Source: an uncultured Eubacteriales bacterium
GTDB lineage: Bacteria; Acidobacteriota; Aminicenantia; Aminicenantales; Saccharicenantaceae
Reading direction: 5' to 3'
Assembly: GCA_964652895.1 (NCBI GenBank)
Contig: CAZZCH010000004.1
Coordinates: forward strand, 5,809-69,808
DNA length: 64,000 nt
The notes below the pieces were generated by a model. The model made no database searches. It saw only the letters and a program-made list of their open reading frames with translations, and had not been told where the DNA came from. Position 1 is the first letter of the stretch, and every line of letters starts with the position of its first letter. The position numbers and the translations under genes are program-made. Below are positions 37,426-47,071 of this stretch, one piece after another.

Positions 37426-38361
37426 ATGCTTCCCCTAAAAAGTAAAGCTTATCTTAGCACAAACAGGCCAAAATTCAAGGAAAAGGAATATAATAAACCC
37501 GTGCGAGAGCGTTCCCGCAGCCTTCTCGAGATCCACCTGGCCGTCTTCCTATTCGGCTTCCCGGGGTTGTTCGGAAAGTGGCTCGCCCTCTCCCCTCCCG
37601 TCATCGTTTTCGGCCGGGTCCTTTTCGCTTCCGTGGCGCTTTTCGCGGTCCTGGGCTTCGGCCGGCGTTCGTTGCGGATCGTTCCCCGGCGGGACTTGGT
37701 CCTCCTCGCCCTATGCGGCCTCGCTTTGGCCGTTCACTGGACGATGTTCTTCAAGGCCGTCCAGGTCTCCTCGGTGGCCGTCGGTCTCCTGGCTTACGCG
37801 AGCTTCCCGGTCTTCACGGTCTTCCTGGAACCGCTTCTGACGAGAGAACGTTGGGATCCGGCCAGCCTCGGCTACGCCTTCCTCTGCGTCTTGGGTTTGT
37901 ACCTGATCATACCGGGCTTCGATCCTTCCGACGCTGTTGTCCGCGGCGTCCTCTGGGGCCTTGGGGCGGGACTGACCTTTTCCATCCTGTCGGTCCTCAA
38001 CCGGGTCCTGGCCTCTCGGCAGTCGAGCCTGGCCGTGGCCTTCTACCAGGACCTCTTCGCCGCCCTCTTCCTGGTCCCGGCCGTTGTCCTGGCCGATTTC
38101 GCGCTATCGCCGCGGGATTTGGGGCTCATCGCCATGCTCGGAATTGTCTTCACGGCGGGGGCCCACACCCTGTTCATCGATGGAATGAGGGAGGTCCGGG
38201 CCAGGACGGCCAGCATCCTGAGCTCGCTCGAGCCGGTTTACGGCATCCTCCTGGCCCTGCTTTTCCTTAAAGAAAGCCCCTCCCTGAGAACGGTCTCGGG
38301 AGGGGCGGTCGTTCTGGCCGCCGCGCTCGTCGCCACGGCCCGGGCGCGGCGGGCGTCTTAG
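37426..38361 (+). CDS. EamA/DMT family transporter
   Basis: 10-TM drug/metabolite transporter pattern. The first ~25 codons are AT-rich and Lys-rich. An alternative GTG start at 37501 sits 6 nt after a TATAAT (see findings). Confidence 0.8.
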   Translation: MLPLKSKAYLSTNRPKFKEKEYNKPVRERSRSLLEIHLAVFLFGFPGLFGKWLALSPPVIVFGRVLFASVALFAVLGFGRRSLRIVPRRDLVLLALCGLALAVHWTMFFKAVQVSSVAVGLLAYASFPVFTVFLEPLLTRERWDPASLGYAFLCVLGLYLIIPGFDPSDAVVRGVLWGLGAGLTFSILSVLNRVLASRQSSLAVAFYQDLFAALFLVPAVVLADFALSPRDLGLIAMLGIVFTAGAHTLFIDGMREVRARTASILSSLEPVYGILLALLFLKESPSLRTVSGGAVVLAAALVATARARRAS

Positions 38362-39527
38362 GTCTTGTCGATCTTCTTTCGGACCGGCGCTTTTTTCGTC
38401 TTCGCTTCCTCCACCTTCTGGCGCTCCTTCATCGCGGCCTTCTCTTCCTCGTGCCTCTTCTTGAGTTCGGCGATCTTGGACCTGACCTGAGTGTCCACCC
38501 TCTGTTTCTCGGCCGGGTTTTGGATCTTCGCCTTCTCTTGATCGGCCTTGCGCCGGATCTCGTTGACCTCGGTATCCTGGCTCTCCTGCATGAGCTTTAT
38601 TTCCTGCTGGTGGGCCTGGCGAAGAGCGGCACCATCGTCCCGGGGAACCTGACGCGAGATGCGGCCGGCGCGGACGTTATCGATCTCTTCCGCGGCCTTG
38701 TCCTGCGCGACGAACTGCTTGGGTTTGGCCATATCGTTCCGAACGATCTCGGGCTTGGAAAGAACGAGGTCGCGGCCTTCGATGCGTTCCTCGCCCGCGC
38801 GCGGGGCCGCCTTCAGCGAGTATTTCTCGACGACCTTGTTGGTCAGCCTATGGACGTGCTCGACGTCCACTCCGTCGTCGAACACGCGGTTATCCCTGAC
38901 GTTGATGTTGACGTTGATGATGGTCCGGTTGATGATGGTGCTATTTCTTTCGACCGGCAGGATCCAGCGGTCGAGCGATCGATCCATGAAATCACGCCCG
39001 CGGACGAAGTTCCAGTAATTCCCCGGGATGTCCCATTGGTGACGCCCAAAACCGCGGCCCGGGACAAAGTTGACGCCGGGAGGAAGAGGTGCCCAGCCGA
39101 TGTGCACGTTGTCCCATCGCCACGCCACCCAAGCCGGGCCCCAAACGCTGTCGGGAACCCAGAACCAGCCCAATCGCCTGTCCCAGCCCCACCGGCCGTA
39201 ATGATAGGCGATCCAGCCCCAGCGTTCGAGGGAAACCCAGGTCCACCCGTAATCGGTCCAGGCCCAGTTGCCCCGGGAGTAGGGGCGCCACGTGTAGCCC
39301 ACGTCACCCGGGATCCAAACGTATCCGTAGGCAGGATAGGAAACCCAACGGCCGTAGGGCTGCATTTGTTCATAAAAATAGGTGGTGTCCAGGCGCCCGT
39401 AAGCCCCCTCGTCTCCCTGATAAGAGTTCTCTTGAGGGGGCCTGTTGGCTTCGTTGTTGGGGACGTATACCAAACAGCCCGCAGCGAAGAGCATGACCAT
39501 GAACAGGAAACCTAGGATCTTTTTCAT
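38358..39527 (-). CDS. Trp-rich repeat lipoprotein with a Lys/Glu-rich C-terminal region
   Basis: AGGAGG RBS and lipobox LFAAGC. By my count, 18 Trp in a ~95-residue stretch of G-W-x-W / W-G-W repeats. The charged C-terminal third looks like a coiled coil. Confidence 0.7.
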   Translation of the reverse strand: MKKILGFLFMVMLFAAGCLVYVPNNEANRPPQENSYQGDEGAYGRLDTTYFYEQMQPYGRWVSYPAYGYVWIPGDVGYTWRPYSRGNWAWTDYGWTWVSLERWGWIAYHYGRWGWDRRLGWFWVPDSVWGPAWVAWRWDNVHIGWAPLPPGVNFVPGRGFGRHQWDIPGNYWNFVRGRDFMDRSLDRWILPVERNSTIINRTIINVNINVRDNRVFDDGVDVEHVHRLTNKVVEKYSLKAAPRAGEERIEGRDLVLSKPEIVRNDMAKPKQFVAQDKAAEEIDNVRAGRISRQVPRDDGAALRQAHQQEIKLMQESQDTEVNEIRRKADQEKAKIQNPAEKQRVDTQVRSKIAELKKRHEEEKAAMKERQKVEEAKTKKAPVRKKIDKT

Positions 39528-39646
39528 ATCTGTCCTCCTAAACTCGGCTTAAGCAAGGAATATGCCAGACGTCGCGCCAGGCGGCCCATATGATCCGGCC
39601 TTGCCGTTTGTCCTAAAAAATGGACACGCAAACGCATTATTCCGGC

Positions 39647-40852
39647 TCAGGCCAGCCTTTTAAAGACGGTCTTGATGCGTTTAAGGGCCCAGTTGAGGTC
39701 CTTCTCCCGGATGATGAGCGGAGGGGCCAAGCGGATGACATTGTCATGAGTTTCCTTGCAGAGCAGGCCTTCCTTCATCAATTCTTCGCAGAACCGACGG
39801 GCACCTCCGGCCGCCGGATGAAGCTCGATGCCGATGAGAAGCCCGCGGCCGCGGACCTCCTTGATGTGCCGGCTGCGGACCTTGCGCAGTTTTTCCATGA
39901 AGGACTGACCCCGTTCGGCGGCGTTCTCGACGAGCTTCTCCTCCGAGAGGACGCGTAGGCTTTCCCGGGCCACGGCGCAGGCAAGGGGGTTGCCGCCGAA
40001 CGTTGAGCCGTGCTCGCCGGGCTTGAAGACGCCGAGGATCTCCCGGTCGGCCAGGACCGCGGAGATGGGGTAGCAGCCTCCGCCCAAGGACTTGCCGATG
40101 GCGATCATGTCGGGCCTGACCCCGTCGAATTCACAGGCGAAGAGCTTGCCCACCCGGCCGAGGCCGGTCTGGATCTCGTCGGCGATTAAGAGGACGTTGT
40201 TTCTCTTGCAGATCTCGGCGGCCTTCTTGAGGAATCCGGCGGGAGGGATGAGGATCCCCGCTTCGGCTTGGATGGGTTCGACCATGAAGGCCGCGGTGTT
40301 GGGAGTGATGGCCTTCTCCAGGGCATCGGCGTCGCCGAAAGGGATGATGGTGAAACCGGGCGTGAAGGGGCCGAAATCCTTGCGGTAGAGGGGCTCAGTC
40401 GAGAAGCTGATGACGGTGACGGTCCGACCGTGGAAGTTGTTGGCGCAAACGATGATCTCGGCCCTGTCCTGGGGAACGCCCTTGTTCATATAGGCCCATT
40501 TGCGCGCCGTCTTGACGGCGGTCTCGACGGCCTCGGCACCCGAATTCATGGGCAGGACCATGGAGTAGCCGGTCATTTCGCAAAGTTCCTTGGCCAGCAT
40601 CGGCCACTGATCGTTGCGAAAGGCCCGAGAGGTCAGGGTCAGCTTGCGGGTCTGTTCGACGAGAGCCCGGACGATCCGGGGATGCCTGTGGCCCTGGTTG
40701 ACGGCGGAGTAGGCACTCAGACAATCGAGGTACTTGCGGCCTTCGACGTCATGCATCCAAATCCCCTGGGCCTTGGCGATGACGACGTCGAGGGGATGGT
40801 AATTGTGAGCTCCGTAGAGGTCTTCCACCACGATGAGGTCTTTGCTGTCCAT
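39647..40852 (-). CDS. rocD: ornithine--oxo-acid aminotransferase
   Basis: [12 protein letters not shown]...[29 protein letters not shown] is the OAT N-terminal signature. 401 aa, class-III aminotransferase. Confidence 0.9.
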   Translation of the reverse strand: MDSKDLIVVEDLYGAHNYHPLDVVIAKAQGIWMHDVEGRKYLDCLSAYSAVNQGHRHPRIVRALVEQTRKLTLTSRAFRNDQWPMLAKELCEMTGYSMVLPMNSGAEAVETAVKTARKWAYMNKGVPQDRAEIIVCANNFHGRTVTVISFSTEPLYRKDFGPFTPGFTIIPFGDADALEKAITPNTAAFMVEPIQAEAGILIPPAGFLKKAAEICKRNNVLLIADEIQTGLGRVGKLFACEFDGVRPDMIAIGKSLGGGCYPISAVLADREILGVFKPGEHGSTFGGNPLACAVARESLRVLSEEKLVENAAERGQSFMEKLRKVRSRHIKEVRGRGLLIGIELHPAAGGARRFCEELMKEGLLCKETHDNVIRLAPPLIIREKDLNWALKRIKTVFKRLA

Positions 40853-40904
40853 GTCATGTCTCCTTCGGGTCTATTTTGCCCTTGATTTTTTTTTGTCCCG
40901 TGAC

Positions 40905-40996
<92 letters not shown>

Positions 40997-41173
40997 ATTC
41001 CTCCGAACCGAAAATCGGCGGGCCGGGATGATGATAACGTTATCAAAAAAAATGAGATTGGTCAACGCGCCGTATGGTCAGCCGAAGGACGCCTCCCGTC
41101 ACAGCCCGCCCGGCGTCAAGAGGGAATCGTACGAAAGGGAGAATGCTTACTGGGGTGAAAAAAAGATTTGGTT

Positions 41174-42229
41174 TCAGAACGACGGACGGTAGATGTTGAT
41201 GATGTCCTTGAGGAGGGCGGCCGCGGCGCCGCGCGGGTTGGACCTCCCGCCCGTCACCGTCACCGTCCCCATGGAGTCGGTGAGGAAGGTGATGCCTTTT
41301 TCCGTTCCGTTGACGTGGGCGAGCGGATGGGTGGCGTCGATGAGGGACGGCCGGACATCAAGGCTCCAGCGTCCGTCCTTTCGGCCGGGAGCGGCCGTGG
41401 CCAAAAGCTTGACGGACCGACCGTCCTTCCTGGCGGCCTGGACAAAAGCGACGGATATCCCGGCGATGCCGCGGACCTGGACGTCTTTCAAGGCGTAGGC
41501 CGCATCGAGGCAGGAGTTGGTGATGAGCAAGATCTTGCTGGCCGTGTCCAAGCCTTCGACATCCTGGGCCGGGTCGGGTTCGGCGATCCCCTTGGACTGG
41601 GCCTCCTGAAGCGCTTCGGCGTAGTCCAAGCCCTCTCCCATGCGGGTCAGGATATAGTTGGTCGTTCCGTTGAGGATTCCCTGGATGCCCTCGATCCGGG
41701 CGCCGGCGAGAGAGAAGAGGCCGACGTCGAGGGTCGGCAGGGCGGCCCCGGTGGCTCCGCTGAACTTGAGACATACTCCGTTCTCCTCGGCCATGGCCTT
41801 GAGACGCGGAAAGCCGACGACCAAAGCCCCCTTGCTCGCGGCGACGGCATGCCAGCCGCCCTGGAAGGCGCCGGTGAGATAGGACAAGCCGGGCTCTCCC
41901 GTCTCCAGGTTGGAGAGCGTGCACTCGACGAGGCATCCGCCCAGCCCGGCTTCTTCGATGATGCCCGCGACCTTCATCCCCGCGCGCCATGATGGATTGC
42001 CGGCGGTCCAGGGTTTCCCATCCCGGGAAATATGCCGGACTTCGAGGGGGCCGCCATAATAGGCGCAGCCCTCCGCCTGGGCCACGGCCAGGACGTCGAG
42101 CGCGAGCCCGTACCGGCTTATGAGGTCCTCCCTTTTTTCCCGTAAGAGAGAAAAGAAGGCCCGGCCGACGTTGCCGAAACCCGTGACGACCAGGGGGACG
42201 GTTTTCACGGACATGCTTTTATTTTCCAT
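41174..42229 (-). CDS. hom: homoserine dehydrogenase (no ACT domain)
   Basis: GFGNVGRAF NAD-binding motif, GILNGTTNYIL, AEPDPAQDVEGLDTASK. GAGGGG RBS 7 nt upstream of ATG 42229. Confidence 0.85.
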   Translation of the reverse strand: MENKSMSVKTVPLVVTGFGNVGRAFFSLLREKREDLISRYGLALDVLAVAQAEGCAYYGGPLEVRHISRDGKPWTAGNPSWRAGMKVAGIIEEAGLGGCLVECTLSNLETGEPGLSYLTGAFQGGWHAVAASKGALVVGFPRLKAMAEENGVCLKFSGATGAALPTLDVGLFSLAGARIEGIQGILNGTTNYILTRMGEGLDYAEALQEAQSKGIAEPDPAQDVEGLDTASKILLITNSCLDAAYALKDVQVRGIAGISVAFVQAARKDGRSVKLLATAAPGRKDGRWSLDVRPSLIDATHPLAHVNGTEKGITFLTDSMGTVTVTGGRSNPRGAAAALLKDIINIYRPSF

Positions 42230-42259
42230 GAGGACGACCCCTCAAGGCCGGGATATCCA

Positions 42260-42351
42260 TGGCGGAGAGGGCGGGATTCGAACCCGCGATCCCAATCGCT
42301 CGAGATAACGGTTTTCGAGACCGTCGCCTTCAACCACTCGGCCACCTCTCC
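42260..42351 (-). tRNA. tRNA-Ser (anticodon CGA)
   Basis: Revcomp GGAGAGGTGGCCGAGTGGTTGAAGGCGACGGTCTCGAAAACCGT...GGGTTCGAATCCCGCCCTCTCCGCCA. Long variable arm, anticodon loop CTCGAAA, encoded CCA. Confidence 0.95.
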
Positions 42352-42379
42352 GCAACAACGGGACACGAGAAGAACACGG

Positions 42380-42385
42380 ATTATA
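42380..42385 (-). promoter_or_regulatory. -10 box (TATAAT) upstream of tRNA-Ser(CGA)
   Basis: Perfect TATAAT on the minus strand, 28 nt upstream of the tRNA 5' end. The -35 region would fall in the last codons of tadA (weak TTTCAA-like). Confidence 0.4.
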
Positions 42386-42392
42386 GCCGAAA

Positions 42393-42908
42393 TCAACGGC
42401 CTTGAAAAGTCCGTGCCTTGCCGCGCACACAGGGTCGCCATGCCGCCACCCTATTTGACGACTTCTTCCTGCATGCTCTGAAGAAATCCCGAAGGAGCTT
42501 CGCGCAATCGTCGGCCAGAATTCCGCCGACGATTTCCGGCCGGTGATTGGTCCGGTCGAAGGGGAACTTCATGATCGAGGAGACCGCGCCGGTCTTGAGG
42601 TCGAGCGCGCCGAAAACCAGGCGCTGGATGCGGGCTTGGACGAGGGCGCCCAGGCACATCGCGCAGGGCTCGACGGTCACATAGATGTCGCAGTCCGGCA
42701 GGCGGTAGTTCCCGGCTTTCCTGGCCGCCTTGCGAAGGGCGACGATCTCGGCATGGGCCGTGGGGTCGGAGGTCTTGACGGGATTGTTCGAACCGCGGGA
42801 GACGATGCGGCCGGCTCGGACGATGACGGCGCCGACGGGGACTTCCCCCCTGACGGCGCCCTTGGCGGCTTCCTTGAGGGCCGCTCTCATGAAGGCAACA
42901 TCGCTCAT
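42393..42908 (-). CDS. tadA: tRNA adenosine(34) deaminase
   Basis: HAEIVALR and VTVEPCAMCLGAL deaminase zinc motifs. Confidence 0.9.
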   Translation of the reverse strand: MSDVAFMRAALKEAAKGAVRGEVPVGAVIVRAGRIVSRGSNNPVKTSDPTAHAEIVALRKAARKAGNYRLPDCDIYVTVEPCAMCLGALVQARIQRLVFGALDLKTGAVSSIMKFPFDRTNHRPEIVGGILADDCAKLLRDFFRACRKKSSNRVAAWRPCVRGKARTFQGR

Positions 42909-43047
42909 GGCCAGGGGATTTTACCTCGGAACGTCTCCCTATCGCAAACACAGGGCCCCGGCCCGCAGCGGCGCGTTCTCGATCCGCCTAGGCACGGCGT
43001 CCCGATTCGGGCTATAATCGGCAGGAATCCCCGGCCGGAGAAATGAC

Positions 43048-44262
43048 ATGGATCAGTTCGAATGCCTCGCCTGCGGCCCGATCGCTTCGCGCGAGCCCGA
43101 CTCCCCTTCTTTCTGCCCAGCTTGCGCCGAACCCTTGTTCCTTGTCCCTGCCGCCCGCTCCTGCGGGAAGACGATCCATGAGGACCTGCCGCTGGCGCTC
43201 GAGAGGTTCGCCGATTTCCTGCCGCTCGACGCCATCGACCCCGGCCTGAGCCTGGGCGAAGGCGCGACGCCGCTTGTCCGCCTCGAGCGCACCGGCGCGT
43301 CCATGGGGCTTTCGGCCGTCTACGCGAAAAACGAGGCCCAAAACCCAACGGGGAGTTTCAAGGACCGTGGCACAGCTGTAGCCGTCCAGAAGGCCGTTTC
43401 CCTGGGCTTCAAGCGCATCGGAACGGTTTCGACGGGGAACATGGCCGCTTCGACGGCCGCCTATGGCGCCCGGGCCGGACTGGAAACGTTCGTCCTCCTC
43501 AAGGAAGGGACCGCCGTAACCAGCCTCAAGGCCGCCGGCATTTACGGTTCCCGACTCATCGCCGTCGAAGGGGACTACGGGAGCCTCTTCCGGGCCAGCC
43601 TCGATGTCGGCAAGAGACTCGGCATTTGGTTCATGAACTCCATCGACCCCTACCGCATGGAAGGCTACAAGCTCACGGCGTTCGAGATCTACCTCCAGAT
43701 GGGGCGGCGCTCTCCCCGGTTCCTTTTCGTGCCCGTGAGCTCGGGCGGCCACCTTCTCGGCCTCATGCGGGCCTTCGAAGACCTTGAGCGGGAAAAGCTG
43801 ATCACGACCACCCCCACCTTCGTCGGGGTCCAAGCCCGGGGCTGCTCCCCTCTCGCCGCCGCGTTCGCCGCCGGGCTCGAGCGATACGAGCGACCGACCG
43901 AAGTCCGCACGATCGCCCACGCCATATCCAACCCCACTCCTCCGGCCGGGAACGCCGTTCTTCGCCTGATCCGCGACCGTAAAGGCCTGCTTCTCGCCGT
44001 GACGGACGAGGAAATGCTCGAGGCCCAGCGGCAGCTGGCCGGCGCGGAGGGCCTTTTCTGCCAGCCCGAGTCCGCGACGACGCTCGCCGCCCTGAAGCAC
44101 CTCGCCGCTGCCGGACGGATCACGGAAAATAGCGGAGAGGCCGTGCTCGTCCTCACCGGGAGCGGCTTCAAGACGCCCCGCCTCCTCGAATCCCTCCCCT
44201 TTGAAGTCCACAAAATACCGCTGTCCGGGCTCGAGTCGTGCCTCTCGCGCCTGATACGTTAA
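43048..44262 (+). CDS. thrC: threonine synthase with an N-terminal CxxC...CxxC zinc ribbon
   Basis: PLP-lysine context NPTGSFKDRG. N-terminus FECLACG...FCPACAE. TATAAT at 43013..43018 and GGAGAA RBS upstream. Confidence 0.9.
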   Translation: MDQFECLACGPIASREPDSPSFCPACAEPLFLVPAARSCGKTIHEDLPLALERFADFLPLDAIDPGLSLGEGATPLVRLERTGASMGLSAVYAKNEAQNPTGSFKDRGTAVAVQKAVSLGFKRIGTVSTGNMAASTAAYGARAGLETFVLLKEGTAVTSLKAAGIYGSRLIAVEGDYGSLFRASLDVGKRLGIWFMNSIDPYRMEGYKLTAFEIYLQMGRRSPRFLFVPVSSGGHLLGLMRAFEDLEREKLITTTPTFVGVQARGCSPLAAAFAAGLERYERPTEVRTIAHAISNPTPPAGNAVLRLIRDRKGLLLAVTDEEMLEAQRQLAGAEGLFCQPESATTLAALKHLAAAGRITENSGEAVLVLTGSGFKTPRLLESLPFEVHKIPLSGLESCLSRLIR

Positions 44263-44283
44263 CACCGGCCGCTTTTAAATGGG

Positions 44284-44310
44284 TTGATTTAGCCGCTAAT
44301 ATGTTATAAT
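44284..44310 (+). promoter_or_regulatory. candidate extended -10 promoter for hflKC
   Basis: TTGATT (44284..44289), 15-nt spacer, TGtTATAAT (44302..44310). The leader is ~50 nt and contains a CCCGG/CCGGG hairpin. Confidence 0.45.
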
Positions 44311-44364
44311 CAAGTCAGGCACCCCGGTTGCGCCGGGAATTAAATCTTTTTAAGCGAGGTCGAC

Positions 44365-45345
44365 ATGCCTTATGACTTTCAATCCATCTCGCGGGGGGAA
44401 TGGCCGAAGATCCCGCCCAAGGTCGTGAAAGGGGTCCTCCTGGGACTCGCCGCTGTCGTTCTCCTCTGGGGGTCCTTCTACCAGGTTGCCCCCGAGGAGA
44501 TGGGCGTCATCCTCCGTTTGGGCAAGTTCGTCCGGTCTTCCGAGCCGGGCCTTCACATGAAAATCCCCTTGGGCATCGAGCGGCTGACCCGCGTCCCGGT
44601 CCAGCGGCAGCTCAAGCAGGAATTCGGCTTTCGGACCGTGCGCGCCGGGATCAATACCGAGTACGCCACCACCGCCGAAACCAAGGGTGAATCGGTGATG
44701 CTCACCGGCGACCTCAACGTCGTCGACGCCGAGTGGATCGTTCAGTACAAGATCAAGGACCCGTATCTCTTCCTGTTCAGGATGCGGGAGGCGGAGGCGA
44801 CCTTCCGCGACATGACCGAGGCCGTCGTCCGGCGCGTCGTCGGCGACAGCGCCGTCGATGAAGTCATCACCGTCGGCCGGACCCGCATCGCCGATGAAGC
44901 CAAGTCCCTCCTCCAGCAGCTCTGTGACTCCTACGAGATCGGCATCGAAGTCAACCAGCTCATCTTCCAGGACGTCAACCCGCCCGAAACCGTCAAGCCA
45001 TCCTTCAACGACGTCAACGAGGCCCTCCAGGAGAAAGAGAAGAAGATCAACGAATCCTGGGCCGAGTACAACCAGGTGATCCCCAGGGCGTCGGGCGAGG
45101 CCGAGCAGGCGATTCGCGGCGCCGAGGGATACGCCACGGAAAGGGTCAACAACGCCGCCGGCGACGCCAGCCGGTTCTCCGCGGTCTACAGAGAATACGC
45201 CAAGGCCCCCGCGGTCACCCGGAAGCGGCTTTACCTCGAGGCCCTCAACGACATCCTGCCCAAGATCACAAAGAAGATCGTCGTCGACCAGGACCAGAAA
45301 AATGTCCTGCCCCTTCTGAACCTCGGCGAGGAGGTGAAGAAGTGA
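44365..45345 (+). CDS. hflK: FtsH protease modulator HflK (SPFH/band 7)
   Basis: N-terminal TM, then YQVAPEEMGVILRLGKF and an SPFH domain. Followed by hflC with a GTGA overlap. Confidence 0.9.
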   Translation: MPYDFQSISRGEWPKIPPKVVKGVLLGLAAVVLLWGSFYQVAPEEMGVILRLGKFVRSSEPGLHMKIPLGIERLTRVPVQRQLKQEFGFRTVRAGINTEYATTAETKGESVMLTGDLNVVDAEWIVQYKIKDPYLFLFRMREAEATFRDMTEAVVRRVVGDSAVDEVITVGRTRIADEAKSLLQQLCDSYEIGIEVNQLIFQDVNPPETVKPSFNDVNEALQEKEKKINESWAEYNQVIPRASGEAEQAIRGAEGYATERVNNAAGDASRFSAVYREYAKAPAVTRKRLYLEALNDILPKITKKIVVDQDQKNVLPLLNLGEEVKK

Positions 45346-46292
45346 ACACCAAGAACACGACCCTCCTCGTTGTCATCGTCGGGGCGCTTCTCCTCGGGCT
45401 CCTCGTCCTCCTGGACTCCGTCTATGTCGTTTCCGAAACGGACCAGGTCATCATCACCCAGTTCGGCGAGCCGATGGGCGGGGCGGTCACGACCGCCGGC
45501 CTTCATTTCAAAACACCGTTCATTCAGAAGACCCACTTTTTCGACAAGCGCTGGCTCCAGTGGGACGGCGACCCCAACCAGATCCCGACCAAGGACAAGA
45601 AGTACATCTGGATCGACACCTATTGCCGCTGGAGGATCAGCGACCCCCTGGTTTTCTTCCAGCGCGTCCGGGATGAGCGGGGCGCCCACAGCCGCCTCGA
45701 CGACATCGTCGACGGCGAGACCCGCAACACCATCGCCAACTTCGACCTCATCGAGATCATCCGGAGCTCGAACCGCGACTTCGAGCTGACCGAGGACGCC
45801 GCGCTCCTCGATTTCTCCGAGGTCGTCGGCAAGATCAACACAGGCCGCGAAAAACTATCCAGGATCATCCTCGAGAACGCGTCCAAGATCACCCAAGAGT
45901 TCGGCGTCGAGCTCAAGGACGTCCAGGTCAAGCGCGTGAACTACGTCGACGAGGTCCAGCGCAAGGTCTTCGACCGGATGATCGCCGAGCGGAAGAGGAT
46001 CGCCTCCAAGTACAGGTCGGAGGGCGACGGCAAGAGCGCCGAGATCAGCGGCCAGAAGGAAAGGGAATTGAAGCGGATCGTCTCCGAGGCCTACCGGAAA
46101 GCCCAGGAGATCAAGGGCAAGGCCGACGCCGAGGCGACCAAGATCTACGCCCAGGCCTACAACGCCGACCCGGAGTTCTACCAGTTTCTCAAGACCCTCG
46201 AGACCTACCGGGCGGCGCTCGAGAAGGACACCTGGCTCATCCTGTCGACGGACAGCGAGTTCTTCAAGTATCTGAAAAGCGCGGGCCGATAG
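45342..46292 (+). CDS. hflC: FtsH protease modulator HflC
   Basis: TM segment plus SPFH domain and a charged coiled-coil C-terminal region. Canonical hflK-hflC pairing. Confidence 0.9.
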   Translation: MNTKNTTLLVVIVGALLLGLLVLLDSVYVVSETDQVIITQFGEPMGGAVTTAGLHFKTPFIQKTHFFDKRWLQWDGDPNQIPTKDKKYIWIDTYCRWRISDPLVFFQRVRDERGAHSRLDDIVDGETRNTIANFDLIEIIRSSNRDFELTEDAALLDFSEVVGKINTGREKLSRIILENASKITQEFGVELKDVQVKRVNYVDEVQRKVFDRMIAERKRIASKYRSEGDGKSAEISGQKERELKRIVSEAYRKAQEIKGKADAEATKIYAQAYNADPEFYQFLKTLETYRAALEKDTWLILSTDSEFFKYLKSAGR

Positions 46293-46311
46293 GGCCGGGA
46301 ACGTCCGGCGT

Positions 46312-46968
46312 TCAGGATTTTTCCGTCAGGCAGCTCGCGATCTTCTCCCGGTTGGGGAAGATGGCCGGCGTTCCGCCTGAATGGAGAAAGACAATCCTGT
46401 CCGTCTTCTTGAAAAAGCCCGTATTGACGAGGTCGATGAGACCCACCATGGCCTTGGCCGTATAGACCGGATCGAGGACGATGCCTTCCGTCTGGAAGAC
46501 CAGCCGGATCGTTTCGGCGACGCCCTTGTCGACGAGGCCATAGCCATCCCCCAGGTATTCGTCGAAGACGACGACATCCTCGGGCCTGACGTCCAGGCCG
46601 AACCCGAGCGCCTCATCCGTGGCCCGGGCGATTTCGAGCACATCGGCGGCGAAAGGTCCCCTCGGGTCGGAAACGCTGATGCCAACGACCCGGCATCCGT
46701 CGGTGAGGGCCCGGGCACCGACGATAAGCCCCGCTTGCGTCCCGCCCGATCCGGTGGAATGAACGACGTAATCGGGCTCGGCCCCGCCGGCCCTCATCTG
46801 GTCCAAGAGTTCGGCGAAAGCGGCGACATAGCTCACGGCTCCCAGGGGCTTGTCCATGTCGCCCCGGACAAGGGACCCTCCCACAGGCACGAGGTAGGGG
46901 CGGTGTCCCTGTCGCCGAAGGTCCGGGCGGCCGACCCTGTCGAGGACATCGTGGAGTTTGTTAACCAT
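46312..46968 (-). pseudogene. 5'-truncated D-cysteine desulfhydrase / ACC deaminase family remnant
   Basis: The 218-aa ORF matches only the C-terminal two thirds of the family (VPVGGS..., HSTGSGGTQAGL, LDPVYTAKAM). The N-terminal ~110-120 aa, including the PLP-lysine region, are absent. The ORF begins 41 nt downstream of the neighbouring gene's terminator. Confidence 0.6.
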
Positions 46969-47009
46969 TTTGTATTCTCTCTATCGCAGGTTAGCACGGA
47001 TGGGATAAG

Positions 47010-47048
47010 AAAAAAAGGGCCGGCCCCCCGCGAATGGAGGGCCAGCCC
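47010..47048 (-). terminator. rho-independent terminator of the BNR/Vps10-like gene
   Basis: On the minus strand: GGGCTGGCCC, 12-nt loop, GGGCCGGCCC (10 bp with one G-U), followed by T7. Confidence 0.7.
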
Positions 47049-47071
47049 TGTGAAAGCGGTTTGTTCCGTGC

